Shown piece after piece: positions 9,201 through 17,542 of a stretch of DNA of 64,000 nucleotides. Numbering within the stretch: position 1 is the first letter of the stretch; the number at the start of each line of letters is the position of its first letter. The stretch comes from Desulfobacteraceae bacterium (GTDB taxonomy: Bacteria; Desulfobacterota; Desulfobacteria; Desulfobacterales; Desulfobacteraceae): the NCBI GenBank assembly GCA_016744295.1, contig JADGEQ010000007.1, positions 127,652 to 191,651 of the forward strand, in the 5' to 3' direction. Both the position numbers and the translations under genes were made by a program. Under the pieces are notes generated by a model that did no database searches, was not told the origin of the DNA, and saw only the letters and a program-made list of their open reading frames with translations.

Positions 9201-10527
9201 GCATGATTCAAGCGTTGGCTATGAAACAAGGATTGAAGCTGCGGTGGGTGCCTTTACCAACCATTATAATCTTACAGAAAACAAACCCGTTCCTGTAAAT
9301 AAAAGTTTCCAGCCGGCCTATGCTTCTTCCCTGGAACAAAAAACCATCATTTTCCCCAATTGGGATCCATTTACTGGCCAATTGCTCGTGGCAACCCTCA
9401 GAAATGAGGGATATGATGCCCTGCTCATGGAAGAAACCCAGAAAACCCTTAAGCAGAGTATCCTGACAAATACGGGACAATGCATCCCACTCAATGCCAT
9501 TGGCGCGGGGTTTATTCATACGGTAAAAAAACATGGGATAGATCCGTCCCAGGCAGTTCTTTGGCTCAATCATTCCGAAATTGCCTGTAATATAAAGATG
9601 TACCCATACCATATCAACAAAATTTTTGAGCGGGAAGAAAACGGGTTTGAGCAGTCACAAATATACCAGGGAGAACTGTCATTATTTGATATCTCTTTTA
9701 AAGCATCCACAAATGCGTATTTTGCTTACATGTTTGGCGGACTTCTGAGAAGCATTGGGTGCAAAATACGACCCTATGAGGTTAACAAAGGCGAGACAGA
9801 CAAGATCCTTGCCAATGCCCTGTCCATCATCGGCGCCGCCTTCCTCACCGGAGGATCCAAGGAAAAGGCTCTGAAGGAAACCATTGCCATGGTCAAAAAA
9901 ATTCAGATCAAAAAAGACCAACCCCGTCCCAAGATTGCCATATTCGGAGATCTCTATGTAAGGGACAATGATACTATGAATCAGGATTTGGTCCATTTTA
10001 TTGAGGACAACGGGGGAGAAGTTGTTACCACCCCCTATTATAAATATGTAAAACTCATTGCCAATTCATATTTTAAAAAATGGTTCAAAGAGGGTAAATA
10101 TATGAGCCTGATTTCAAATAAAGCCCTGCTCACAGCCATGCAGGCGATGGAGAAAAAGTATTATAGATATTTTGAAACCATCCTGGATGAATCTGATATG
10201 GTGGTTACCGAATCCTATGAAACCCTTTTAGACCAATATGGAATCTTGCCTGAACACACCGGAGAATCCATGGATAATATTTTGAAAATTCACCACATCA
10301 TCAATGAGCAACCTGATCTAAGGCTTCTGGTTCAGACCAATCCGGCTTTCTGCTGTGCCGGGCTTGTGACCGAAGCCATGGCAGCCAAAATAGAGGCAAA
10401 AACAAAGATACCCATTGTCAGTATTACCTATGATGTGTCAGGCGGGAATAAAAACAAGGTGATTATTCCTTTTCTCAAATCCCCTAGAAAAGCGTCCTAT
10501 TCCCACAACAGAAAAGTTTCGGTCTGA
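6262..10527 (+). CDS. CoA-substrate-specific enzyme activase family protein: two BadF/BadG/BcrA/BcrD (HgdC-like) ATPase domains fused to a large C-terminal DUF2229-type region
   Basis: Two ASKHA ATPase modules are present (GIDVGSVSVS...NTSCAAGTGSFLDQQ...RCAVFAKTD; GLDVGSTSTKA...NTVCAAGTGSFIEEQ...RCTVFMERD). Each carries the two Cys that ligate the bridging [4Fe-4S] cluster in HgdC-type activators. A Cys-rich segment follows (CLLCTNNCKL...FLCGRDY), then about 800 aa. Confidence 0.85.
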   Translation: MNAQITQGDAILGIDVGSVSVSIAAINPAADHGTGHLFHRAAAYHHGDVKQCLYRLLSDDALKNIGYVSKTTSTPSFIFSHSNYDEQVSIIRAANHLHGNSFDGILHIGGEKFSLSLFDELGNYIGAKHNTSCAAGTGSFLDQQAGRLNIKGSEQISQQGLLNRKDRPDIATRCAVFAKTDLIHAQQEGYGIGQICDGLCFGLAKNIANTLFKQKGLINPKKGFNSKILFCGGVAKNICVKNHLESITGIDFFMDDSAQFYGAIGAALSLKDQLNQGVHEPKIFNKIDDYFKKTEQKESYRYPELALTLSDYPDFSCFKSTLAEGVEMDIYTNPKTNPNAHGFLGLDVGSTSTKAILIDPEGKPIAGFYTATASRPVSAVKKLFKACDTFLNEYHPSLEIQGCGTTGSGRRMAGKIIGADIEPDEITAHATAAVNLNKNVDTIIEIGGQDAKFTLLRDGMVTASTMNTVCAAGTGSFIEEQASKLDCPLSEYSARTEGVSSPVSSDRCTVFMERDINYFFAEGYEKNEILASVLHSVRDNYLTKVANMAKIGNTILFQGATARNKALVAAFEQKLNKPIHVSKYCHLTGALGVALLVRNKKKEMKIQQTCFRGFNLWKKDIPVRQETCLLCTNNCKLTIADIDGTPQAYGFLCGRDYATQRMVADKERYDLLRLRSGQTQLKCDTPVKHDFTIGIPASLHLFEDLEFWEHFFSNLGIQTITSKRLKNPVRLGKMTANAEFCAPVVSLHGHVSHLMEKADYVFLPFYFEEKSKEKDTRRQHCYYTQFSPSIISCLQASDQKRLISPIIQYLYTSFHTKMELYKCLKGLGEISFFDIVMAYDRAVEFKEQNKKKLLTLYQSQKKDTPGIKAVFLGRPYTILAESMNNNIPGIFSNLGIKTFFQDMLDNQNHDFTLIQPLLKELHWKHAAQILEATYIAATTQDLYPVYISSFKCSPDSFVVDYFKEIMEHFNKPYLVLELDEHDSSVGYETRIEAAVGAFTNHYNLTENKPVPVNKSFQPAYASSLEQKTIIFPNWDPFTGQLLVATLRNEGYDALLMEETQKTLKQSILTNTGQCIPLNAIGAGFIHTVKKHGIDPSQAVLWLNHSEIACNIKMYPYHINKIFEREENGFEQSQIYQGELSLFDISFKASTNAYFAYMFGGLLRSIGCKIRPYEVNKGETDKILANALSIIGAAFLTGGSKEKALKETIAMVKKIQIKKDQPRPKIAIFGDLYVRDNDTMNQDLVHFIEDNGGEVVTTPYYKYVKLIANSYFKKWFKEGKYMSLISNKALLTAMQAMEKKYYRYFETILDESDMVVTESYETLLDQYGILPEHTGESMDNILKIHHIINEQPDLRLLVQTNPAFCCAGLVTEAMAAKIEAKTKIPIVSITYDVSGGNKNKVIIPFLKSPRKASYSHNRKVSV

Positions 10528-11333
10528 CGTTTACCGGGAAGGTAGGGTTTGATGTCCGGATATTGAATTAAAAAATTATTTTGAAATTCAATTCGCTGGA
10601 CATTGAACTTATTATGGGTGTCAACAGCCCTGCGATACCTAAGATAATATTCATCATAATTTTTTAAATGTTCCCGGGTTTTTGCCTCTGTAATATTATA
10701 AAAATTGGTGTGGGTATAGGCAAGCAGGGCTTCAAAATTATCCAGATACGCCTGAAGACTTTTATAATGAAGCATAACATTCCGATCTGTGTAAAACAAT
10801 TGAATCTGGTAGACCCAATTTAAATCTTTTTTCACAAAATAAGCTTTATAATCAGTTGTAAATTTGACAAGCCGGTTTATGGATGCCTGATTTTTAGCCA
10901 TAATTATCCTGAGGGTTTGTATAAAATCGATGGTATTGCTCAGCTCCTTGATCCTTGATTCAACCTTTGAAATCAATTCAAGTTTTACCAACCCCTTGTC
11001 CAGATCAATTGTGGTTTGCTTCAGGTCATCGCTTAACCGGATAACCTGGCGGGTGATGGGAGGAAGATGGGCATATTTATTTTTTTCCCTCATGTTGGCA
11101 TATGTATAAAACTCATAGGCTGACATTGCGGTAAAGGAGGACAAAAATATCATAAATAAAATCATCCCTTCGGTCTTCCGGGATTTAAAAATAAAATAGG
11201 GTGTGGTAATGGGAGCCAGAAGAACCACGACTGCCCACCATCTAGGATGTTTTTTCCGATAGCATTCAAAAAGCATAAGACCGGACAGCAGCAAAGCATA
11301 TGGAAAATATATATAATACAAGGTTTCATTCAC
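10497..11333 (-). CDS. hypothetical membrane protein with a PLDc_N-like N-terminal membrane motif
   Basis: 278 aa with 3 N-terminal TM helices, including RWWAVVVLLAPITTPYFIF, then a helical soluble part. Its start overlaps the comEC stop by 8 nt. Its 3' end overlaps the convergent activase gene by 31 nt. Confidence 0.6.
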   Translation of the reverse strand: MNETLYYIYFPYALLLSGLMLFECYRKKHPRWWAVVVLLAPITTPYFIFKSRKTEGMILFMIFLSSFTAMSAYEFYTYANMREKNKYAHLPPITRQVIRLSDDLKQTTIDLDKGLVKLELISKVESRIKELSNTIDFIQTLRIIMAKNQASINRLVKFTTDYKAYFVKKDLNWVYQIQLFYTDRNVMLHYKSLQAYLDNFEALLAYTHTNFYNITEAKTREHLKNYDEYYLRYRRAVDTHNKFNVQRIEFQNNFLIQYPDIKPYLPGKRQTETFLLWE

Positions 11334-13791
11334 CTTTGTGGGTTAAAATGTTGTAGACAATACCATCAGAGGATATGGTAACAGCACCATTATTATCTGT
11401 CCTGAATACCTTATATCCTCTATCCTGGTATCTTTTCACGACATCCGGGTGCGGGAAACCATACTGGTTGCCAAAGCCACAGGATACTATTACACTTTCA
11501 GGGTTTACTTTATCAAGAAAAATTTTACTGCTGGATGTCAAACTGCCATGGTGGGGAGAAAGGAGAACCCTGGATTCAAGATCATTTTCCCTGGCAAGAG
11601 ACCCTTCTCTTTCCCCAAGTATGTCACCGGGAAACATCATGGAAAATTGATTAAACCGAGCCTGGAAAACCAATGAATTATTATTTAGGTTTGGGCCGGA
11701 CAGCCCGGGATCAACTTTAAAAAAGGTCAGATGGGTTTGGTTCAACCCAAGGGCCGGATCCCCATCCGAGGGGTGCCAGATTTTAATTTGCCTTTCCCGG
11801 CAAAGGGCTATCAGATAGTCATAGCTCCTGTTTGAACGGGTATCCTTATTTTTAATCAGCAAATTGACCTTAAAATTTTCAAATATATACAAAAGACCGT
11901 TCATGTGATCGGATTCCGGATGGGTCAAAATAACAGCATCCAGGCAAAGAATATTTTGGGACCACAAAAACGGTCCGACCACGTAACGGCCTATGTCAAA
12001 ACTGGACCAATCTGAAAACCCGCCGCCGTCCACCAAAATAGTTTTTCCTTCAATGGTCTGAATCAGGGCTGCGCTCCCCTGGCCCACATCCAAAATTGTA
12101 ATGGTCATACTTTTAGGGAACAATTTTGTTTTAAGCGCCATTCCAAAGCTGATAGAGCCTGCCAAAACAACCATAAACATGAGCACAAGTCCTGTCTTTT
12201 TTTGGCGCATCAGGATTAAACCGATTGCCCCCAAAAAAAGATACACCATGATCACCGCCTGGATATCAAAGCCGATGATTCTTGACCATGACAATTTAAA
12301 ACCAATTAAAAATTGGATATAACCGATACAAAAAGAGAGGATATGCTGGCAAAGGATAAGCAGAATTTCGGACAACCCAGGGCACACCACAAACAATAAA
12401 AATGCCCCAAGCCCAAGTGGCAGGCAGACAAATCCCATCAATGGCACCAATATAAAATTGGCAAATATCTGCACATAGGAAACAATATTAAAATAATGGG
12501 CAATCAGAGGAAAGGTTCCAAGCCCTGCAAAAATAGTCACCAGGGCTGGGGTGATAAAGATTGTCAAAAAATTCTTTTTGGATTTGTATCCTTGAACTCT
12601 CATCAATGAAAATCCTAGTATAATAAAAGACAAGGCACCAAAGGATAACTGAAAGGATATGGAAAACAGGGCTGTACTGTCAATGATCAAAATGAGGATA
12701 GCTGCCAGTGCCAATGAGTTCAATGGATTATTTTCCCTTTCTCCCAAAAAGGAGAACATAAAAATAGCGGTCATGACAAAGGCCCGCTGGGTGGAGGGAG
12801 AAAATCCTGAAAAGACACCATAGAAAAGCAAGGGGACCAGGGTCAGAATCCCGGCTGCTTTTTTGGCAATACCGCCAATCAGGAACATGGGAAATAGCGC
12901 CAGAAGAAAGTAAAAAAAAGAAACGAAGCCCAGGGCAACAATGGAAAGATGAAGTCCTGAAATCGCAAGGATATGGGACCCCCCTGCCCTTGAAAACGCA
13001 TCTCGTAAGGTTAAGGGAATAGCCTCTTTTTTACCGGTTACAAGGGCAACGATAATGGCTGCGGCGTTTTTGTTATCCAGCCTGTCCATGGTAAAATCAA
13101 AAAAACGATTTCTAAGTTGCTCCAGGACACGGATTGTTTTACTATAAAAACTGATGGGCTGGGGTATCACTCTGATCTTGCCGGCGTTTGCATAGGCCGA
13201 TCCGAACACCCCGGCAAATTTCATCTGTTGTTCATAATCAAATCCATTGGGATTTGAAAAATTTCGAATAGGCTTTAGAGAACTTGTAAATTGGACAAGA
13301 TCCCCATATTGAAAGTTTCCCTCTTTTTTATCATAGATATTCAGGAGTATCCGCCCTTTAACACGGGCAGGTTTCATCCCATTTTTTTCAACAAACTGGC
13401 AGGAAAGAACAACCCTGTTTTTCCGGGGATAATTTTTTGAAAAAGAGATAATTTCTCCGGTAATGGTATATCTGGATGAATCTGTAAATCTTGAGATATG
13501 CTCCAAAGGGGTATCCGGGTTCAACACCCATGAAGTTGAAAAAAAACCCCAGCCCAAGCAGATAAAACCAATACCCATAACAAATGGGTTTAATTCGCGG
13601 ATATAAAACAAACCAAAGAACGAACCGAAAAATAAAACACAGAATACCATTAGGAGGAGAAGAACAAGGGAGCAGGCAAGAAAAATCCCCAATGGCAAGC
13701 CGGGAAAAAAAGACCCGGCCAGAATGCCTGTTATCAATAGAAAAACAACAGGAATAAGCGGTGGGGAAAAATGGATTAAAGGTGTTTTCAC
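11326..13791 (-). CDS. comEC: DNA internalisation competence protein ComEC/Rec2 (with C-terminal metallo-beta-lactamase domain)
   Basis: 821 aa, polytopic, with the competence-domain block (FSRAGGSHILAISGLHL) and an MBL motif (ILTHPESDHMNG). Confidence 0.9.
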   Translation of the reverse strand: MKTPLIHFSPPLIPVVFLLITGILAGSFFPGLPLGIFLACSLVLLLLMVFCVLFFGSFFGLFYIRELNPFVMGIGFICLGWGFFSTSWVLNPDTPLEHISRFTDSSRYTITGEIISFSKNYPRKNRVVLSCQFVEKNGMKPARVKGRILLNIYDKKEGNFQYGDLVQFTSSLKPIRNFSNPNGFDYEQQMKFAGVFGSAYANAGKIRVIPQPISFYSKTIRVLEQLRNRFFDFTMDRLDNKNAAAIIVALVTGKKEAIPLTLRDAFSRAGGSHILAISGLHLSIVALGFVSFFYFLLALFPMFLIGGIAKKAAGILTLVPLLFYGVFSGFSPSTQRAFVMTAIFMFSFLGERENNPLNSLALAAILILIIDSTALFSISFQLSFGALSFIILGFSLMRVQGYKSKKNFLTIFITPALVTIFAGLGTFPLIAHYFNIVSYVQIFANFILVPLMGFVCLPLGLGAFLLFVVCPGLSEILLILCQHILSFCIGYIQFLIGFKLSWSRIIGFDIQAVIMVYLFLGAIGLILMRQKKTGLVLMFMVVLAGSISFGMALKTKLFPKSMTITILDVGQGSAALIQTIEGKTILVDGGGFSDWSSFDIGRYVVGPFLWSQNILCLDAVILTHPESDHMNGLLYIFENFKVNLLIKNKDTRSNRSYDYLIALCRERQIKIWHPSDGDPALGLNQTHLTFFKVDPGLSGPNLNNNSLVFQARFNQFSMMFPGDILGEREGSLARENDLESRVLLSPHHGSLTSSSKIFLDKVNPESVIVSCGFGNQYGFPHPDVVKRYQDRGYKVFRTDNNGAVTISSDGIVYNILTHKGE

Positions 13792-13845
13792 ATATTCACA
13801 CCTGCCAATTTTTTTATTTACAGTTCTGGTTATTTACAGTGCTGA

Positions 13846-15099
13846 TTATTTAATACGCTGGATATCAGCCCCCAGGGCGGAAAATTTATGTTCGAGACCT
13901 TCATATCCCCTGTCCATGTGGTAAACCCTTGAAATCACCGTAGTGCCTTCGGCAATCAGCCCGGCAATGACCAGAGAGGCACTGGCCCTGAGGTCAGAAG
14001 CCATAACAGGAGCGGCCTGAAGCCGTTCTATCCCCCGCACCATGGCATAATTCCCGTTGCTAATGGAGATATCCGCCCCCATTCTCAACAGCTCGTTGGC
14101 ATGGATAAACCGGTTTTCAAAAATAGCCTCGTGGATCATGCTGTTTCCCTTTGCGATGGTCATCATCGCCATGAACTGAGCCTGCATATCCGTTGGAAAA
14201 CCGGGATAGGGCTGGGTTTTAATATCAATACTTTTGATGATATCACTCCCTTTCACCCGAATCTGGTCTTCACCAATATCAAGGGCGGCACCAGTGGCCT
14301 TGAGCTTGTTGATAATTCCGCCGATGTGATCAGGAACACAGCCCTTGATCAACACATCCCCCCGGGTGGCGGCTGCAGCCACCATAAAGGTTCCGGCTTC
14401 TATCCTGTCCGGGATAACCGTCACCCGTGCCGGATGGAGATTTTCAACACCTTCTATGGTAACAATAGCGGTCCCGGCACCTGAAATTTTTGCACCCATC
14501 TGAATCAGGGCCTCTGCCAGACATACAATTTCAGGCTCCCTGGCAGCATTCCGCAATATCGAAGTCCCCTTGGCAAGTACGGCCGCCATCATAAGATTTT
14601 CAGTCCCCGTAACCGTGGGAATATCAAAATAGATTTCATTGCCAACCAGGCGATCGGCTTTTGCTTCTATATACCCATGATCCATGCTGATCGTTGCCCC
14701 CAGGGCTTCAAGCCCTGAAAGATGCATATTAACAGGACGTGCACCAATGGCACACCCCCCGGGCATTGAAACCTTGGCATGGCCAAACCTTGCCACCAAA
14801 GGACCAAGAACCAGAATAGAAGCCCGCATTTTCCGGACAAGATCATATTCTGCTTCGATTTTATTGATGCCGGCCCCATCCACGGTTAAGATGTTGTTTT
14901 CAAAGGCACAGCTTGCCCCTAAATCTTCAAGCAGCATCTGGATGCTTGATATATCCATGAGTTTGGGAACATTTGCAAAGGTTGATGTCCCATTGACCAG
15001 TATGCTGGAGGCGATGAGCGGTAAAGCCGCATTTTTTGCACCACTGATGGTAACTTCACCCGTAAGCCGTCTGCCGCCATTTATCTGAATTTTATCCAT
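13846..15099 (-). CDS. murA: UDP-N-acetylglucosamine 1-carboxyvinyltransferase
   Basis: The 417-aa protein MDKIQINGGRRLTGEVTISGAKNAALPLIASSIL... is collinear with MurA. Confidence 0.95.
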   Translation of the reverse strand: MDKIQINGGRRLTGEVTISGAKNAALPLIASSILVNGTSTFANVPKLMDISSIQMLLEDLGASCAFENNILTVDGAGINKIEAEYDLVRKMRASILVLGPLVARFGHAKVSMPGGCAIGARPVNMHLSGLEALGATISMDHGYIEAKADRLVGNEIYFDIPTVTGTENLMMAAVLAKGTSILRNAAREPEIVCLAEALIQMGAKISGAGTAIVTIEGVENLHPARVTVIPDRIEAGTFMVAAAATRGDVLIKGCVPDHIGGIINKLKATGAALDIGEDQIRVKGSDIIKSIDIKTQPYPGFPTDMQAQFMAMMTIAKGNSMIHEAIFENRFIHANELLRMGADISISNGNYAMVRGIERLQAAPVMASDLRASASLVIAGLIAEGTTVISRVYHMDRGYEGLEHKFSALGADIQRIK

Positions 15100-15131
15100 A
15101 GGAGAGGTATGCTTTTTATTGATTAAAAAAG

Positions 15132-15165
15132 AAGGGTTTTGTTGAACAGCCCAAAACCCTTTTTT
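15132..15165. terminator. bidirectional intrinsic terminator hairpin between tRNA-Leu and murA
   Basis: AAGGGTTTTG (15132-15141) pairs with CAAAACCCTT (15152-15161). It is flanked by an A6 run on the left (T6 on the minus strand) and T4 on the right. Confidence 0.6.
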
Positions 15166-15172
15166 AGTATGA

Positions 15173-15259
15173 TGGTACCTGGGACGAGAATTGAACTCGT
15201 ACAGCCATAAGGCCGAGGGATTTTAAGTCCCTTGCGTCTACCAGTTCCGCCACCCAGGC
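15173..15259 (-). tRNA. tRNA-Leu (anticodon UAA), CCA encoded
   Basis: Reverse complement: GCCTGGGTGGCGGAACTGGTAGACGCAAGGGACTTAAAATCCCTCGGCCTTATGGCTGTACGAGTTCAATTCTCGTCCCAGGTACCA. It folds as a cloverleaf with a 7-bp acceptor stem (G1-U72 wobble), anticodon loop CTTAAAA, long variable arm, and T-arm ACGAG-TTCAATT-CTCGT. Confidence 0.9.
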
Positions 15260-15273
15260 ATAATTCCAGGTTA

Positions 15274-15301
15274 ACTATAACATTTTTTTCAAATTTACAA
15301 G
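15274..15301 (-). promoter_or_regulatory. possible sigma70-type promoter for tRNA-Leu
   Basis: On the minus strand: CTTGTA, 16-nt spacer, TATAGT. The -10 ends 14 nt upstream of the mature tRNA 5' end. Confidence 0.35.
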
Positions 15302-15455
15302 CTTAAAATATCCTTTTCACCTACTTCAAAATCCAAGGGCCGCTCTTTGCCGCACCACAAACATGACCCCCAATATTATTTCCAGGCAAAACATCTCTTC
15401 ATCCCCCAGGATTACACCCTGCTGGATCTGTTGGCCAGGATCACCTGAATACGGT

Positions 15456-15947
15456 TCATCCTTTTGAATCCAGCGACCCTGTTATCATGATTGGAGAGGC
15501 ATCAATATTTTCTGCAGACATCATGGATACCACCCGCTCAAATGAACTTTCAATCATTAATTGCTCCCAGTTCTCCAATTTGGAAAATCGATGGGTGAAC
15601 TGTTCCTGGAGAAGTGGAGGAACCGTCTTGAGTATTGTTTTTCCATTTTCAGTAAGTGCTATATTTGTTTTGCGTTTATCATCCAGGCTTCTTTTCCGGG
15701 TAATATACCCTGTTTTTTCCAGACGCTTAGTAATATCGGTGACAGTTGCCTGACTTAAGCTGATATTTTTTGAAAGCTGTGTCACGGATATTTGGTCAAA
15801 TGAAGATATTGACTGCAGGAGAATAAGCTGGGGGCCGGTCAACCCAAATTTTTTTTTCAGGTTTATGGAGTGCTGATCTATGGCCTGGATAATTTTCCTC
15901 AAGGCGATCAAAAGATTTCTGCACAGCTCGTCATTTGTATTATTCAT
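15456..15947 (-). CDS. MarR-family transcriptional regulator
   Basis: 163 aa with a winged-HTH block (LTGPQLILLQSISSFDQISVTQLSKNISLSQATVTDITKRLEKTGYITRKRSLDDKRK). Confidence 0.85.
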   Translation of the reverse strand: MNNTNDELCRNLLIALRKIIQAIDQHSINLKKKFGLTGPQLILLQSISSFDQISVTQLSKNISLSQATVTDITKRLEKTGYITRKRSLDDKRKTNIALTENGKTILKTVPPLLQEQFTHRFSKLENWEQLMIESSFERVVSMMSAENIDASPIMITGSLDSKG

Positions 15948-16142
15948 CCCACACCCTTTTGTATATCATCAAATTTAAATTTTTTCCGGATTATTCCCGG
16001 CACTAGCGCAAACACCAAAAGCATAGACTGCTATGGGTTCAACTCATTTAAGAATAAGGCTTTACCGATCACATGTCAATCTAAATGGGCATTTGCACAA
16101 AATACCAATTTGACAAATTAATTAGTGTGCGATAGATTTCCA

Positions 16143-16166
16143 TGCAAATCAAACAATTGATTTGCA
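16143..16166. promoter_or_regulatory. palindromic candidate MarR operator
   Basis: TGCAAATCAA-acaa-TTGATTTGCA: perfect 10-bp arms with a 4-nt spacer, in the divergent MarR/methyltransferase intergenic region. Confidence 0.4.
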
Positions 16167-16248
16167 ATAATACTTTGTCCAAATGAAAATCATCGGACAT
16201 TTTTTTTAAAAAAAGTTAGATGTAAGGCTTTCTATCAAGGAGATAACC

Positions 16249-16950
16249 GTGAAGGAATATGACATCGCTGGTGTGCAAAATGACAAAGAGACTTTTTATT
16301 CTAAATTTTCCCAGCGTTATGCTGAAGTATCCCATCAATTTTTACAATCCATTTATACCACTTCATCCCATCCCGGACTCAAAAGCGACACAGATCTTCT
16401 CACCCGCCTAAAACAATTATCCCCAGGGAAAAAAGGCCTTGATGCGGGTTGCGGTGCCGGGGCCAGAGATGTTTATTCCCTATGGGAAGAAGGATATGAC
16501 ATGTGGGGAGTTGACGCGGTAAAAGAAAATATTGAGCTTGTAAGTGAACTCCATCCGGAAATCAAAAATAATGTTTTTGTACATAATTTAGCAGAAAAGC
16601 TACCGTTTAAAGATAATTCCTTTGATTTTACCATGTGTAATGCGGTTATCCAGCACATTGACCCAGAGGATGTCTATGGAACAACCATTCCGGAACTCGC
16701 CCGGGTAACTCGCCCTAACGGCGTCTTGCAACTAATGTTTAAAAGCGGGACCGGAATTGACGCAATTTATGATAAAGACTATGGGGTTCAACGGCATTTT
16801 CTGCTGTATGAACCCGACCAGGTCCTGTTAAGTGCCCAGGCCAACGGCTTATCTCTTATCCAACAGGAGGAAGGTGCTCTTGGGGGAATCATGTCCTTTG
16901 TAGACCCCAAAGGCTCGACCCACACAACCATGTTTCTTGGTAAAGAATAG
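16249..16950 (+). CDS. class I SAM-dependent methyltransferase (GTG start)
   Basis: 233 aa with motif I GLDAGCGAGARD and a Methyltransf_11-like post-I pattern. AGGAG RBS upstream. Confidence 0.8.
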   Translation: MKEYDIAGVQNDKETFYSKFSQRYAEVSHQFLQSIYTTSSHPGLKSDTDLLTRLKQLSPGKKGLDAGCGAGARDVYSLWEEGYDMWGVDAVKENIELVSELHPEIKNNVFVHNLAEKLPFKDNSFDFTMCNAVIQHIDPEDVYGTTIPELARVTRPNGVLQLMFKSGTGIDAIYDKDYGVQRHFLLYEPDQVLLSAQANGLSLIQQEEGALGGIMSFVDPKGSTHTTMFLGKE

Positions 16951-17476
16951 AAAATTACAGCCAGTTTAGAATTATTTATAACCTTTCTTAGAAACCCTTA
17001 ATCCCGGATACGTAATCATCCCATCCGTGGGATGGATGATGTTGGCTGGGATTATTATCAACAATCCGGCTGCTCAAAGGAAAACGCTCTCCTTTTATTT
17101 GGCCGGGCATCCCAGCATCGAAATTAACAGCCCGCATTCCCCATTGGTGTTCTAGGTTCAACAATTTTCATACTAAATGTGATGGTTTTGTGGCAGTATC
17201 GCTTCTCAAATCAGTCCATTTCATAGTATTTATTTTCCATTTGTATTGCAGGTGATGGGTTCAGGTTAAACTCTTCATATCATACTTTGGCGGTGTTACA
17301 CAAAAAGTTGATAGCAGTTTGTCCTTTTTAAAAGCCTGTATTCAAATACTAAAATTTGGTATCATATATCCCCAAGTTTGGGGTTGACACGATATCTTGA
17401 ATATACTAAGAATCCAGGTATTGAGTATTCTGAAGGATACTAAAGTAAGTAATTTAAGATGATATAGAAACCAAAA

Positions 17477-17527
17477 GGCCATGAAGGCTTGCAGATAAGA
17501 ATCTGCAAACCTTCATGGCCTTTTTTT
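17477..17527 (+). terminator. strong intrinsic terminator / attenuator hairpin in the leader of the uptake operon
   Basis: GGCCATGAAGGCTTGCAGAT (17477-17496), loop AAGA, ATCTGCAAACCTTCATGGCC (17501-17520). This is 19 of 20 bp paired (one C-A mismatch), followed by T7 (17521-27). It ends 16 nt before the permease ATG. Confidence 0.6.
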
Positions 17528-17542
17528 ATTGGGTTGAAAGTT

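Noticed and set aside
17489-17542. The 18-codon N-terminal extension of the FecCD permease ORF in the track
   Set aside because: The extension is encoded by the 20-bp terminator hairpin and its T-run. The conserved permease N-terminus and a plausible start (ATG 17543) lie downstream.
16951-17542. An expected cobalamin riboswitch or Fur box upstream of the FecCD/BtuCD-type operon. The same check was made for 22105-22325, upstream of the receptor.
   Set aside because: I scanned both strands for a B12-box-like GCCACTG core with flanking AGGGAA/GGTG elements, and for GATAATGATAATCATTATC-like dyads. I found neither. Absence by eye is weak evidence, so an Infernal scan is still advisable.
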